DNA from: an uncultured virus (IMG/VR IMGVR_UViG_2667527431_000001)
Taxonomy: Duplodnaviria; Heunggongvirae; Uroviricota; Caudoviricetes
Virus record (IMG/VR): IMGVR_UViG_2667527431_000001
Length of the DNA stretch: 64,000 bases
Strand: one strand, 5' to 3'
Shown here one piece after another: positions 19,816-29,536 of the stretch. Below the pieces are notes generated by a model. That model saw only the letters and a list, made by a program, of their open reading frames with translations, searched no databases and was not told the origin of the DNA. Every line of letters starts with the position of its first letter. Within the stretch, counting starts at the first letter, position 1. A program made the translations under genes and the position numbers.

Positions 19816-21855
19816 TTAGGCGCCGTTCGACTTGTTCAGACCGCGAGAGTCCAGCGGCGCAACACCTGCATCGATACGCACCTTGGAGATAACACCGTCA
19901 TTGGTGAAACCTTGTTGCTGCTCCAGGTACGGCAACTCAACACCGTCAAGGTAGGCCACCTCAATGGTGTCGCTGCCCTTCTTGGCCGCCAGATACCACG
20001 CGGTAGACGAATTATCATCAAGACGCGGCTCGGCGATCACTTCGGCAAAGTTGCGGATCGGGTTGTCGATACCGGCATTGGTTTCGGCACCGGGCACCGA
20101 GGCCGAGCGGATCAATTGCTTGGCCTTGTCTTCCAGTGCCACGGGCACCAGTACGAAACCCGGACGGATGTTGAGGGTTCGAGCCTTGCCGCCTTCGGTC
20201 TGGTTCTTCTGCAGTGCCATCGCGGTCTTGGCTTTGCTTAGCGACTCGATCGACAACGCCGAGCCGGCTCCGGTGAACAGGTTCTTGCGCGAATCAGCAA
20301 ACAGCTTCTTGTCATCGCTCAGATTCTGGTTATTGATTAGGGTGTCATACACCAGATCGCCAATGGTGCCGCGTGCCGCCTCACCCATGCGTTTCGGGAT
20401 GGTGGTCAGTTGGTCCAGGTCATCGTTGAGGATCGCCTGACGGGTGATCGAGAACAATTCACCGTAGGTGGCCAAACGGATGGTTTCGCCACGGTCGCCG
20501 GTGGTGATGTACTTGTACTCGGCACCCGGGCGTACTTCACGCAGAGTCGGGAATTCGCCCATGCCCACACGCTTGGCGGTTTTAAAGTCGCTCAGGCGGC
20601 CGGTCTTGGTCCAGAGGTGGAAGGTTTCTTCCGCTTCATTCCAGCCCTGCAGCACCGACGCGGCGGCAATGTCGACGAGGATGTTGCCGAAGTCGCTGGT
20701 GTCATGGGTAAACGCCATGCCCACCATCTGCATCGGGGCCAGGGTCGCCACCAGAATGCCGCGATCCTGCAGCGAAGCACGGGCCAGCTCGCGCAGGCTC
20801 ATGTAGTTGTAAGCGTTATCCTTCTGGATTTCGCCCTGCCCCGTTCGACTTACCAACGACGCACGCACCGAGTCGCCGACCAGATTGCCGTTGGTGAGGT
20901 GCCCGGGGTGACGCGGCGCTGGCCCACCCGTAGGGGTGGTGTCTTTGCCCAAAGCCACCAGTAGCTGCTCACGGGCGTTTTCGACGCTGCATTCCATGTC
21001 GGTCAGGCAGGTATTGAACAGTTCGGCATGGGCCACGTTGAAACCACCGAACGCGGCTGTAATCGCGGTACGGCGCTCGGTCTCGGCCTGCACCACCTGA
21101 GCGCGAATTTGCTCAGGGGTCGGAACCGATCCCGCTGGAGCAGGCGCAGGGGTTGGAGTAGGCGCTGGGGGAGTGGTCGAGCCACGCGGCTCCCACAGTT
21201 TTTTAAATGCTTCGGGCATGTTGGTGAACTCCTGCATGCGATTAGATTTGATATGGGCGGCGGCCTTGATTGGTTCAATGACGGTGTCTGCGAACCCGGC
21301 CACCACCGCTTCAGTTCCGTTCATCCACGTCTCATCCTTCAACAAGGCGTGAATTTCATCGGCGGTTTTCCCGGTCTTGGCCACATAGGCCATGACCAGT
21401 GAGTCTTCGACCTTGTCCAGCAGGTCGGCATAACGGCGCAGGTCCTCGGCATCGCCACCCTGAATGCCCCACGGCTTGTGGACCATGATCATGGCGTTTT
21501 CGGGCATGCTGATCGTGTCGCAGGCCATCAGGATCACGCTGCCCATCGACGCGGCCAGACCATCCACAAACCCCTCGATACGCGCCGGATGCGCCTTGAG
21601 CAGGTTGTACATGGCCATGCCTTCAAACACGTCACCGCCGGGCGAGTGGATGTGCAGGTTGATCTGTGACACGTCACCGAGGGCTTTCAAGTCGCGGGCA
21701 AACTGGTTGGCCGTGATGCCCCAGGCACCAATGTCGCCGTAAAGCATCAGGTCAACCACGCCCCGGGCCTTGGCGCGCAGCGTGTACCAGCTCTCACCCG
21801 CGCTACTTGTTGACCCCCTCGGGGTCATCGTCATCTGGTTTTTTTTCCGCTTCAT
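19816..21855 (-). CDS. ClpP-type prohead protease fused to major capsid protein
   Basis: HSPGGDVFEG, LAASMGS, MVHKPW, ETWM, then capsid motifs TSDF and EVAYLDG; start codon uncertain. Confidence 0.92.
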   Translation of the reverse strand: MKRKKNQMTMTPRGSTSSAGESWYTLRAKARGVVDLMLYGDIGAWGITANQFARDLKALGDVSQINLHIHSPGGDVFEGMAMYNLLKAHPARIEGFVDGLAASMGSVILMACDTISMPENAMIMVHKPWGIQGGDAEDLRRYADLLDKVEDSLVMAYVAKTGKTADEIHALLKDETWMNGTEAVVAGFADTVIEPIKAAAHIKSNRMQEFTNMPEAFKKLWEPRGSTTPPAPTPTPAPAPAGSVPTPEQIRAQVVQAETERRTAITAAFGGFNVAHAELFNTCLTDMECSVENAREQLLVALGKDTTPTGGPAPRHPGHLTNGNLVGDSVRASLVSRTGQGEIQKDNAYNYMSLRELARASLQDRGILVATLAPMQMVGMAFTHDTSDFGNILVDIAAASVLQGWNEAEETFHLWTKTGRLSDFKTAKRVGMGEFPTLREVRPGAEYKYITTGDRGETIRLATYGELFSITRQAILNDDLDQLTTIPKRMGEAARGTIGDLVYDTLINNQNLSDDKKLFADSRKNLFTGAGSALSIESLSKAKTAMALQKNQTEGGKARTLNIRPGFVLVPVALEDKAKQLIRSASVPGAETNAGIDNPIRNFAEVIAEPRLDDNSSTAWYLAAKKGSDTIEVAYLDGVELPYLEQQQGFTNDGVISKVRIDAGVAPLDSRGLNKSNGA

Positions 21856-23335
21856 TCGCTTTGTTTTTCCCGTAGTACAGGTGATAGGCGTCCGAGCTGA
21901 ACACCAGCCCTTGCGCCCGGTTGGTTTCAATCTCTGACTTGCGGGTGCGCTTCAATTCCTGCGGGTTGCGCTGACGCGCCCGGGCCACTTCGGCCTCATC
22001 GGCAAAGCCCGCCTCAACAAGGATTTTCCAGGCATTGGCCTCATGCACCGGGTTGATCCAAGGCATGACCGGCCCCTGATAGATCGCGCCATAAATCGTG
22101 CTGGGGTCGACGGTCTTGGGCACCACCAGCACCCCGCTGGCGATCGCAATGCGCAACCACGCCCGGAACACTGGCCGGCACCAGTAGTCGATAAATTCGT
22201 GCTGCAGCAGGTCATAACCCAACTGCCCTTCCACCAGCTCCTGACGCTGCGCCGAGTAGGTGCCGTCATAGCTGCGGGCCACGCTGGAGTAAGTGCCCCG
22301 GGTGCCCGCTGCCACCGCCTTGAGCTGACCATTGCGGAACCCCTCAAGAAACGGGTTAGGTCGGTTGCTTTCGATCATGCCCACGTCTTCGCCGGGCAAC
22401 AGGGTGTCGACCACGACCCCGGGGGCCAGCGGAAAAGTCCGCTCGGGCGCCTTGGTCTGGCTGGGCACAAAGTCGTCTGGCGTGCCCTTCTTGATGTACA
22501 TCGCCAGTGCCGCGCTGATTCGTGCGGCCACCCGCTCGCTTTCTTCGTAATCCTTGATATCCGCCAACCGGATAATCACGGCATGCAGCAGGGGCTGACC
22601 ACGGTTCTGGCCAATCCGTTTGCGGTGCGCGATATGGATCATGCGATCGGCCGGGACGCTCTTGGTGTCGAGGGTCATGCCATAACCCAGACCATCGCCC
22701 GGGTGCTGCTTGAGCAGGTGATAGGCCTTTACCCGCCGCCAACCGTTACGCTCAATGCCTTGGGAAATACCCTTGGCCAAGTCCGTGTAACTCCACGGCA
22801 GGTAGTCCGGCTCCAGCAGCTCCAGGGCAAACGGCACGTCATGCAGATGGTCATAATTGGCCACCCTACCGATCAGCATCTGGGCCAGCCCCTCACCGTC
22901 TCGCAACCAAGTGCGACACATCAGGCGCTCCATTTGCGGCCGCGATAACTCGCCAGAAGTCTCCGGCGACAACGACCACTCGGACCACTGCGCCTTGATC
23001 GCGGCGGCAAATTCCAGATCAACGTCACCGGCATAGGTGAGCGGGATCGGCTCTACCGATATACCCGTACCACCCACCACCCGCTCTTCCAGCCGGTCAA
23101 ACAGGCCGGTGACAATGTCGTGATCTTCGTCCAGCTTGCGGCACTGTTCACGCAGGGATACGGCCGACTTCTGCAGGGACTTGTCAGCACTTTTTGACTG
23201 CTTTTTCGCCTTGTGCGTACGGGTAATATCCGACGCCTCAAACGCCTGAATCACGTTACGGGCTCGCAGACGCTCGGCCACGACTCCGGGAAATACCGGG
23301 GCCAACATACGGTCGAACAGGTTCATGCGACTCAC
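21803..23335 (-). CDS. Lambda-family portal protein
   Basis: RIGQNRG, YSAQRQEL, PWINP motifs. Confidence 0.93.
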   Translation of the reverse strand: MSRMNLFDRMLAPVFPGVVAERLRARNVIQAFEASDITRTHKAKKQSKSADKSLQKSAVSLREQCRKLDEDHDIVTGLFDRLEERVVGGTGISVEPIPLTYAGDVDLEFAAAIKAQWSEWSLSPETSGELSRPQMERLMCRTWLRDGEGLAQMLIGRVANYDHLHDVPFALELLEPDYLPWSYTDLAKGISQGIERNGWRRVKAYHLLKQHPGDGLGYGMTLDTKSVPADRMIHIAHRKRIGQNRGQPLLHAVIIRLADIKDYEESERVAARISAALAMYIKKGTPDDFVPSQTKAPERTFPLAPGVVVDTLLPGEDVGMIESNRPNPFLEGFRNGQLKAVAAGTRGTYSSVARSYDGTYSAQRQELVEGQLGYDLLQHEFIDYWCRPVFRAWLRIAIASGVLVVPKTVDPSTIYGAIYQGPVMPWINPVHEANAWKILVEAGFADEAEVARARQRNPQELKRTRKSEIETNRAQGLVFSSDAYHLYYGKNKANEAEKKPDDDDPEGVNK

Positions 23336-23547
23336 TCAAACACCGCGAGGGAATACCCCGGGCGGCCCCCTGCAAGTGCTCTTTGCTGCGAGGCCAGACG
23401 GCGCTCCCACTCAAGTCTGCCCGCACGGATTTGGGGCAAGTCGGCCATCACCTGCTTGCGGCCGTTGAAAGTGATTTCCTTGCCGTCCAGCACGGCCAGC
23501 TCGGCCTCCAGATAGCGGTCAATCATGGTTTGCGGGTCTACAGCCAT
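23332..23547 (-). CDS. Head completion protein (lambda gpW position)
   Basis: YLEAELAVLDGK, between terminase and portal. Confidence 0.75.
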   Translation of the reverse strand: MAVDPQTMIDRYLEAELAVLDGKEITFNGRKQVMADLPQIRAGRLEWERRLASQQRALAGGRPGYSLAVFE

Positions 23548-25550
23548 GCGCCTTGTCCTGTGTCGACCCAGCCGCCAACAGATATCGGCTCAGCTGGGGG
23601 TTGGTGGGCCGCCGGTTCCGGCTCGGCGGCCGGGGCGGATAGTTCGGCCGGCTCGTCTTGCGGCCGCTCAATGACTTGAGGCAGCCCCCTTGAAAGCTCG
23701 TCCAGATCCAGACCAAAACGCTGCTGGCTGATCCGTAGCGCCGCGATGGCGTACACGTAACAGTCCAGCGCCTCGTTACGCCGCTTGCTGGCATCCCAAC
23801 GGAACACCCGGCGCCCCCTGACCACGACCCACTTTTTGCTTTCCGAGGTGAGCTGCTTCAGCTCGGCCTCATCGCAGATGTTGTCGTCGGCAGGGAAATG
23901 CACGCAGCCAGGTACCGGCTGATCGCCGTCTGGCTGGATTTTGAGACGGTTGTAAATAATCTCTTTGGCGTTGTCGGTGCCCACCTCGGTGAGGTAGGTC
24001 TTGCTCTTCTTTTCTTTCTTGCGCGGGAAGTTGGCAATGGGCTTGCCGTAGACGCTTGCACCGAAAATCGGAATGACCCAATGCACGCCATGTTTGCGGC
24101 TTTCCAGCCGCACCTCGTCCGAGTAGTGGCCGCCGGAGTCCCAGCACCATCGCTCGACGCCCATCACCTGACCATCGGCCCGGGTGAACTGGCGGTGCAG
24201 CTCCACGCCCACCTTTTTGCGCAGCACCTGACTGGCCGGGTCGCCGTACAGAATGAATCGGTAAACCAGCCAACTTTCCTCACCGGCGCCGAACGCCCAG
24301 ACACGGCCCTCGTAACGGTCGTCCTGCGTGTCGATGGAACCGAACAGCGCCACGGCGCGGCCCGGTACTTGTGCGCCGTAGTTCTCGCGACGGTCGCGCA
24401 ACTGCTCCCAGTCGACCTTTTCCGTCTGGTCTTCTTCCCAGACTTCGCCCAGCGTCGTGTTTACAAAGGTCTTGAGCTTGCCCAAGTCCTTGCCGACCTC
24501 GATCCGCTCGGCCGCAATATCCACCCAAGTGGTGAACGTCGAATAAATCGTCCAGATATGAAACGTGACCGAGCGCGGCGTGGGGATCGGCTGGTCATCC
24601 GCGCCGAACCACTCCATGCCGTTGCGCGTCCATATGCCCGTGCGTTCGCAGATGTAACGCCCGAACTGGGCCGCCTCGACCATTTCGTGATATTCAAAAG
24701 TACCGCCCTGACAGTGCTCGCACAGATACCAAGCGTTCTCGACTTCGCCCAGCTCGTTGGTGCACCACTTGAGCCCGTAAGGCTCATCCTTGCCGCCCCA
24801 CTTCAGGTGCTGTTCACCTTCACAGCACGGCGGTTTGATATGGAATCGCAGGTAGTGCGGCGACTTCTCGGCCGCCCGGCTGATCTGGCATTGGCCGGCG
24901 ATACCCAGCGTTGAGCCGCGTATGGATTTCTTGTAGGTTGCACCCTCAAGGCGCTTGTCCCCCAAAGAGGTGGGCGAGCCCTCCCCCTCAATGTCGTGGT
25001 CGAACTTCGACAGCTCGTCGTAGATCACCTCGTCCGGGCTTTTCTCCCGGTAGTTGCGCGCTGCCTTGCCGCCCAGGCACCACAGCATCTTCTGGTTATC
25101 GAAACGCTTGGCGTCTTGCGTGTTGTCGCTGTGCTTGCGGCCGAACCACGGTGCCAGGGCCAGCAGCACCGGAACGTCACGGATCATCGTGTCGACGTGC
25201 CGTTTCATCAGCTCGTCAGCGTCGGGATCGGTCGGGCAGTAGCTCAGCACGTTGCGTTTTTTGTGCTGAATCTTGTAGCCGATGTTGGCCATCAGCATCT
25301 TGGTGTAACCCACGCGAGCCGACTTGTGCAGGTTGAACACCCGAATCAGGTCATTGCCCATAGCGTTGAGGATCGCCACCTGAAACGCGGCCGTCACCCA
25401 GCGGCCTTGCTGATAAGAGGACTCCGACGACAGATAAAAATGCGTGTCGGCCCACTCCACCGCCGTCAGCGGCGGCTCTTTGTACAGTGCATTGAGTCCC
25501 CGTCGAACGGCGTCAGCCAGCGCCCTCATCCAGGGTGGCGATGTAGTCAT
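23538..25550 (-). CDS. Terminase large subunit (lambda gpA family)
   Basis: KSARVGYTK, YDEL, IDTQ, RNEALDC motifs. Confidence 0.95.
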   Translation of the reverse strand: MTTSPPWMRALADAVRRGLNALYKEPPLTAVEWADTHFYLSSESSYQQGRWVTAAFQVAILNAMGNDLIRVFNLHKSARVGYTKMLMANIGYKIQHKKRNVLSYCPTDPDADELMKRHVDTMIRDVPVLLALAPWFGRKHSDNTQDAKRFDNQKMLWCLGGKAARNYREKSPDEVIYDELSKFDHDIEGEGSPTSLGDKRLEGATYKKSIRGSTLGIAGQCQISRAAEKSPHYLRFHIKPPCCEGEQHLKWGGKDEPYGLKWCTNELGEVENAWYLCEHCQGGTFEYHEMVEAAQFGRYICERTGIWTRNGMEWFGADDQPIPTPRSVTFHIWTIYSTFTTWVDIAAERIEVGKDLGKLKTFVNTTLGEVWEEDQTEKVDWEQLRDRRENYGAQVPGRAVALFGSIDTQDDRYEGRVWAFGAGEESWLVYRFILYGDPASQVLRKKVGVELHRQFTRADGQVMGVERWCWDSGGHYSDEVRLESRKHGVHWVIPIFGASVYGKPIANFPRKKEKKSKTYLTEVGTDNAKEIIYNRLKIQPDGDQPVPGCVHFPADDNICDEAELKQLTSESKKWVVVRGRRVFRWDASKRRNEALDCYVYAIAALRISQQRFGLDLDELSRGLPQVIERPQDEPAELSAPAAEPEPAAHQPPAEPISVGGWVDTGQGAWL

Positions 25551-26067
25551 CCAAAATCTCCGGTATGGCTTCGGACAACCCAGCAGCCTCGTTACGGGTT
25601 ACGGCAATCTCGCGCTCAAGCGCCTCCAAATGCCGAATGGCAATGTCGGGGTGCTTGCGCTTCAAACTCTTGGGAATGGTGTCCAGGGTGGAGCCCAACA
25701 TGGCGGCCAGACGGCCAAGGGCAAACACCATGAAATCGACCGGGACCAGCTCTTTTTCAGTGACAAGGTTTTTGCGTTCTTGAGCTGTCGCCTGACCGGC
25801 AGTCAGACGCAAACGCTCTTGCAACAAGCGGTACTCAATGAACGGGTCGATGGTTTCGCCATCGGGGCCGGCAGGTTGGTGTTTTACGCCCTGATGCTTG
25901 AGCCGGTTATCGAGAATAGAACGGACGTCGTAGAACGACTCGCGACCTACTTTCGCGATGGCCTCAACGCCCCATTTGTCGAAGGCTTGAACAGAAATCC
26001 CGAGACTTTCTGCCATGCGTTTTTTGTTCAGCCAGAACGGCTGTCGTGCGATTGATGTATTGGCCAT
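25513..26067 (-). CDS. Terminase small subunit (Nu1-like)
   Basis: N-terminal HTH LNKKRMAESLGIS, ERLRLT coiled coil. Confidence 0.9.
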   Translation of the reverse strand: MANTSIARQPFWLNKKRMAESLGISVQAFDKWGVEAIAKVGRESFYDVRSILDNRLKHQGVKHQPAGPDGETIDPFIEYRLLQERLRLTAGQATAQERKNLVTEKELVPVDFMVFALGRLAAMLGSTLDTIPKSLKRKHPDIAIRHLEALEREIAVTRNEAAGLSEAIPEILDDYIATLDEGAG

Positions 26068-26111
26068 AACTAAACAACAACCAACCTCTGAAAATTCTCG
26101 TACATAGCGTA

Positions 26112-26165
26112 AGAGCGGGGCCCGAATTACCCCCATCCCCCCACCCCCTCAGGAGTACCTTTTCA
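26112..26165 (-). other. Putative cos region
   Basis: AGGTACTCC (cosQ-like), G-rich tract and GGGTAATTCGGGCCCC just upstream of terS, matching the lambdoid layout. Confidence 0.5.
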
Positions 26166-26303
26166 AAAATAAAAAGAGGGGGGAATTAAAAAATCAATAA
26201 AAATATGCAAAAATACACAAAAATGAAAAAAACAAGCAATTTTATGTATTTATTGCTCTTTTTAATTATTTTCGATGATTATCACTGCATTTAGCGACAA
26301 TCT

Positions 26304-27044
26304 TTAGCGGGGGAGTGCAGTAGACATGGCAAAGTCCAGCGCATCAGCAAAAACCCGATCTTTATGGGCCGTGACAATGTTCTCAGCGATCTTGAAGAAC
26401 GGGAAAATGGTCCGATACACAGGCGCGCTATCACTGAAGATGAACACAGGGCGGACTGCTGCACCCCACTTCGTGTTCATGCGCTCCCACACCCCCGACT
26501 CATCACCTACAACACCGCCAAAGTAGCGCCTGTTACCCTTGGCCATACTGCGCTTACTGCCTGTGGCGTTCGCCTTGAAACCGCTACTGGTTTCGGCAGC
26601 GCCCATACCAGACAGCACCTTGGTCATCAGCCCCCGGGACACGTTGCCGTATTGATTGAGGAAAGACACTGAGGGCAGCGCGTACTGGCCTGACTTCATA
26701 ATCCCCCGGGCTATCAACGCTTTCTCAAATCGCTTATGTGGCCGCACACCCCCAAAGACCGCCTGCTGCAGGTATGCGTCCGCCGGTATCCCAGTGGTCC
26801 AGGAGTCCTTGAACCAGACCTGCGCCGGCTTGCCCTTAGTGGCGGGCCTTACAAACAGGCTATTGAGCGTGGTCGGGGTGGGCCGATCGAGGCGCTTGCG
26901 CATCACCGAAAGCTCACCCTTTTTGACCAGCTGGGCCAAATTTGTCGCAGTTTTGAGCAACACAAAGGGAATGTGACGGCGCTGCAGCTCCATTGCCGAC
27001 TTGGTCAGCGGGGCGCTATCGACGTCAATATCAAGCTTGAACAT
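26304..27044 (-). CDS. Conserved phage protein (minor tail/neck gpZ-like)
   Basis: RLDRPTPTT motif, basic protein between holin and cos. Confidence 0.55.
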   Translation of the reverse strand: MFKLDIDVDSAPLTKSAMELQRRHIPFVLLKTATNLAQLVKKGELSVMRKRLDRPTPTTLNSLFVRPATKGKPAQVWFKDSWTTGIPADAYLQQAVFGGVRPHKRFEKALIARGIMKSGQYALPSVSFLNQYGNVSRGLMTKVLSGMGAAETSSGFKANATGSKRSMAKGNRRYFGGVVGDESGVWERMNTKWGAAVRPVFIFSDSAPVYRTIFPFFKIAENIVTAHKDRVFADALDFAMSTALPR

Positions 27045-27059
27045 TTGGCCGTCTTCCCA

Positions 27060-27383
27060 CTATGAATTACGAGAGTCGATTCCGGCTTTCTTCGCCAAGA
27101 ACTGGGTATAGAGACCACCAGCCACATCGGCACCAATCACGGCAATGACAATGCCCAAGCCTGCGGCCAGGTACAGATTGCTCCATACCGCCAGCGCGAG
27201 TAGCAGTGTTGCCATGCCCAGCAGACCCGATGCCAGAAAACGAAGGGCAACACGTTGCAGAATCTACCGAAGCCTCAGGTCAGTGCCTGAAGCTCGCAAC
27301 ATTTCCCCGGACAAACCGGCCATGCTCAACAAAACCAATAGCCATAGGGGCACATCGGCGAGAGCCTGCTGCTCAGTGTTCAT
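27060..27383 (-). pseudogene. Holin interrupted by an in-frame TAG at codon 40
   Basis: GAGGA RBS; MNTEQQALADVPLWLLVLLSMAGLSGEMLRASGTDLRLR*ILQRVALRFLASGLLG...GADVAGGLYTQFLAKKAG; stop at 27264-27266. Confidence 0.85.
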
Positions 27384-27461
27384 CTGCGGTCCTCAATAAA
27401 TCCGGCCTCCATGACTCAGTCATCCGCTTGGAGCAAAGAGACTGGCATCGGGCCGAAAACG

Positions 27462-27529
27462 AAAAAGCCCCGGCAAATGCCGAGGCTTATAGATAGGGAA
27501 CAAAAAACCCGGCTCAGTGGCCGGGTTTT
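27462..27529 (-). terminator. Two tandem terminators upstream of the holin (tR'-like, Q-antiterminated)
   Basis: Hairpins AAGCCCCGGC/GCCGAGGCTT and AAAACCCGGC/GCCGGGTTTT with U-runs on the minus strand. Confidence 0.6.
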
Positions 27530-27652
27530 GGAAGCGTCTCGCTGCGTTCACAGCAATTCACGCTGCTATGAAAACAAATCTATTCCGCGTGGAAAAGCTT
27601 TTTAATGTGATTACTCAATTGCTTCTCGATTCCCGCTAGAGATTCAGCTTAT

Positions 27653-28702
27653 CTATTGCTTACGCTCAAATAAATTTGGAATTATTTTTATGAGATCTTT
27701 GCTGAGCTGAGACTCGGCCTTCGCCCTTTCCAACTCTACCGTAGTCTGGCCTTTTTCCAACACAAAATTCCGCTCCGTCTTTGAAAGAGACTCGATGGAG
27801 AATTTTAAGGCGTCCTCATTTTTAGTCACGTAAGCAAACTCAGCAGCAGTTAACTTAGATTCGATATTGGTAAGTTCATTTTGAAAATATTTTATTTCCG
27901 ACAGCCCATTACGATAAAGCCGTAAGAAAAAGTAAGCAAAAACTTCTACAAAGACCACCAGCATCACCCTAGGAATAACGGGCAATACTAAGTTCTTGTA
28001 AAACTTAACATTCGACTCCTCCCCTTCAGACGCTAAAGCCTTCAACAAGGTTGAAGTATCTAACATAGACACCGTAGACCAAAGGAGCCATAGGCCTCCT
28101 GCGGTTATTAACATGCCTATCAGGAGGTTGATATTTGAGCGCAAACGTAAATCAGAGATCTCACGCTTCAACCGTTCTACACTACTTCTAGAAAAAGAAG
28201 TTAGCCGCTCCAAACCTAAACCGTCAACCAGCTCTGCCTTTAGTCGACTCACCTCACTTTCAAAAATCCCCTTGATAGCCTCCGCTCCAGAATGTTTTAT
28301 TATATCCTCGATAACGGCGCATCTTTCAGCCTCTGACAATCCTTTGAGCGCATCAAGCTCGTCAATCTTCTTGTTTAAAATTTCAATTTTTTTTGCCGCT
28401 TCTTGACGATGCAAATTCAGCTCATCAAACATACCCCTAACGTCTTTAGTATCTATATGCGCCCTACTACTTTTCGCATCTACCCTTGCACCTCCAGATT
28501 GCAGATATAAAAAAGCAAACATAAAAACCGAAAGAAAAAGAGTAACTATTGGTATAACCCGACCATAAGAAAAATTTTCCAGCATAAAAGAAAATGGACT
28601 TGAGAAAAACGACAGCATCGTAAACGTAGCTAAAATTACAGCAGTTACAAAAATCAACTTGAACGGGTCAGTACTTCTTGTCACTTGATTGCTGGCCTTC
28701 AC
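27653..28702 (-). CDS. AT-rich moron: membrane protein (2 TM, coiled coil, 2 TM)
   Basis: 349-aa ORF with hydrophobic segments, inserted between Q and holin. Confidence 0.8.
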   Translation of the reverse strand: MKASNQVTRSTDPFKLIFVTAVILATFTMLSFFSSPFSFMLENFSYGRVIPIVTLFLSVFMFAFLYLQSGGARVDAKSSRAHIDTKDVRGMFDELNLHRQEAAKKIEILNKKIDELDALKGLSEAERCAVIEDIIKHSGAEAIKGIFESEVSRLKAELVDGLGLERLTSFSRSSVERLKREISDLRLRSNINLLIGMLITAGGLWLLWSTVSMLDTSTLLKALASEGEESNVKFYKNLVLPVIPRVMLVVFVEVFAYFFLRLYRNGLSEIKYFQNELTNIESKLTAAEFAYVTKNEDALKFSIESLSKTERNFVLEKGQTTVELERAKAESQLSKDLIKIIPNLFERKQ

Positions 28703-28821
28703 GCGCTACCCCTTCCTTTTGATGGAAAACCCCGAAAAACACAAAAAAAACAAAGACACCGCAAGGAAATCGCTTTTACGGTGCGCTCTGTTTTTCATTC
28801 GCAAAAAATGATCAGCAAACT

Positions 28822-29211
28822 CTAAGCGGCTTGACGCACTTCATCAATAGCGCAGTCTATCCAAGCGGTTCCGGCCCTCGCTAACTCCCTAGCCTTCCCC
28901 TCACTAATTCCGTAATGCTTGCCCACTCGCATCATGGGCCATTTGGCACCGTAATATAGCCAGATAATATCACCCATCTGCTGGTCGCGGTGCGCGAGCT
29001 TGGCCACCGCATTGTCGATGGCAATAGCCCAGTCATCAGTAATACAGTAGTTCTTGCTTGCTGCCGGCTGTGCCACCGCTTGACGCATCAACGCTAAAGT
29101 CGGAGATGTGTAGCCAGGCACCACCATTCCATCCATCCTCCACCAGCCCCACTGCTCAAGTAGGTACTCGGTGTCTCCCAATGGTCGACCTGCAGGCTTA
29201 CGAATCATCAT
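28822..29211 (-). CDS. Late antiterminator Q
   Basis: LLEQWG motif, C-terminal HTH, position upstream of late operon. Confidence 0.85.
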   Translation of the reverse strand: MMIRKPAGRPLGDTEYLLEQWGWWRMDGMVVPGYTSPTLALMRQAVAQPAASKNYCITDDWAIAIDNAVAKLAHRDQQMGDIIWLYYGAKWPMMRVGKHYGISEGKARELARAGTAWIDCAIDEVRQAA

Positions 29212-29215
29212 GTTC

Positions 29216-29536
29216 TCAATCTCCTGTGTAATTTGTGCCACCCGATCCCAAGCGATTCGCTTGTTCGTACTGGCTGTGCGGCCCTGCCATAGTTTGCGAA
29301 CAGTTCAGCGCCAAAATTTCACGCTGAGCCTGCTGCAATTTGATACTTAATTGGGTGACTAACTCGCCCGAAGAAAGCACCAACTTTCTACCCCTAACAA
29401 CCCAACCCGAGCTGTTGCAATCAGTAAAAACGGGTTCATAAAACAGCCCTTTCACCACCGCCTTCCCCTTGCAGATCGAGCAAGACTCCAGCTCGATCCG
29501 CTCTCGCCTAAAGCCACGCCCCTGCCCTTTCTGCAT
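29216..29536 (-). CDS. Small Zn-ribbon-like protein
   Basis: CSICKGKA...TDCNSSG, C-terminal YTGD. Confidence 0.65.
   Translation of the reverse strand: MQKGQGRGFRRERIELESCSICKGKAVVKGLFYEPVFTDCNSSGWVVRGRKLVLSSGELVTQLSIKLQQAQREILALNCSQTMAGPHSQYEQANRLGSGGTNYTGD

Noticed and set aside
3354..26055. Many long plus-strand ORFs opposite structural genes
   Set aside because: Shadow ORFs of GC-rich minus-strand genes, with no recognisable motifs
26160..26300. A/T-rich tract beside cos
   Set aside because: Consistent with an ordinary packaging-region spacer; no ORF or repeat structure
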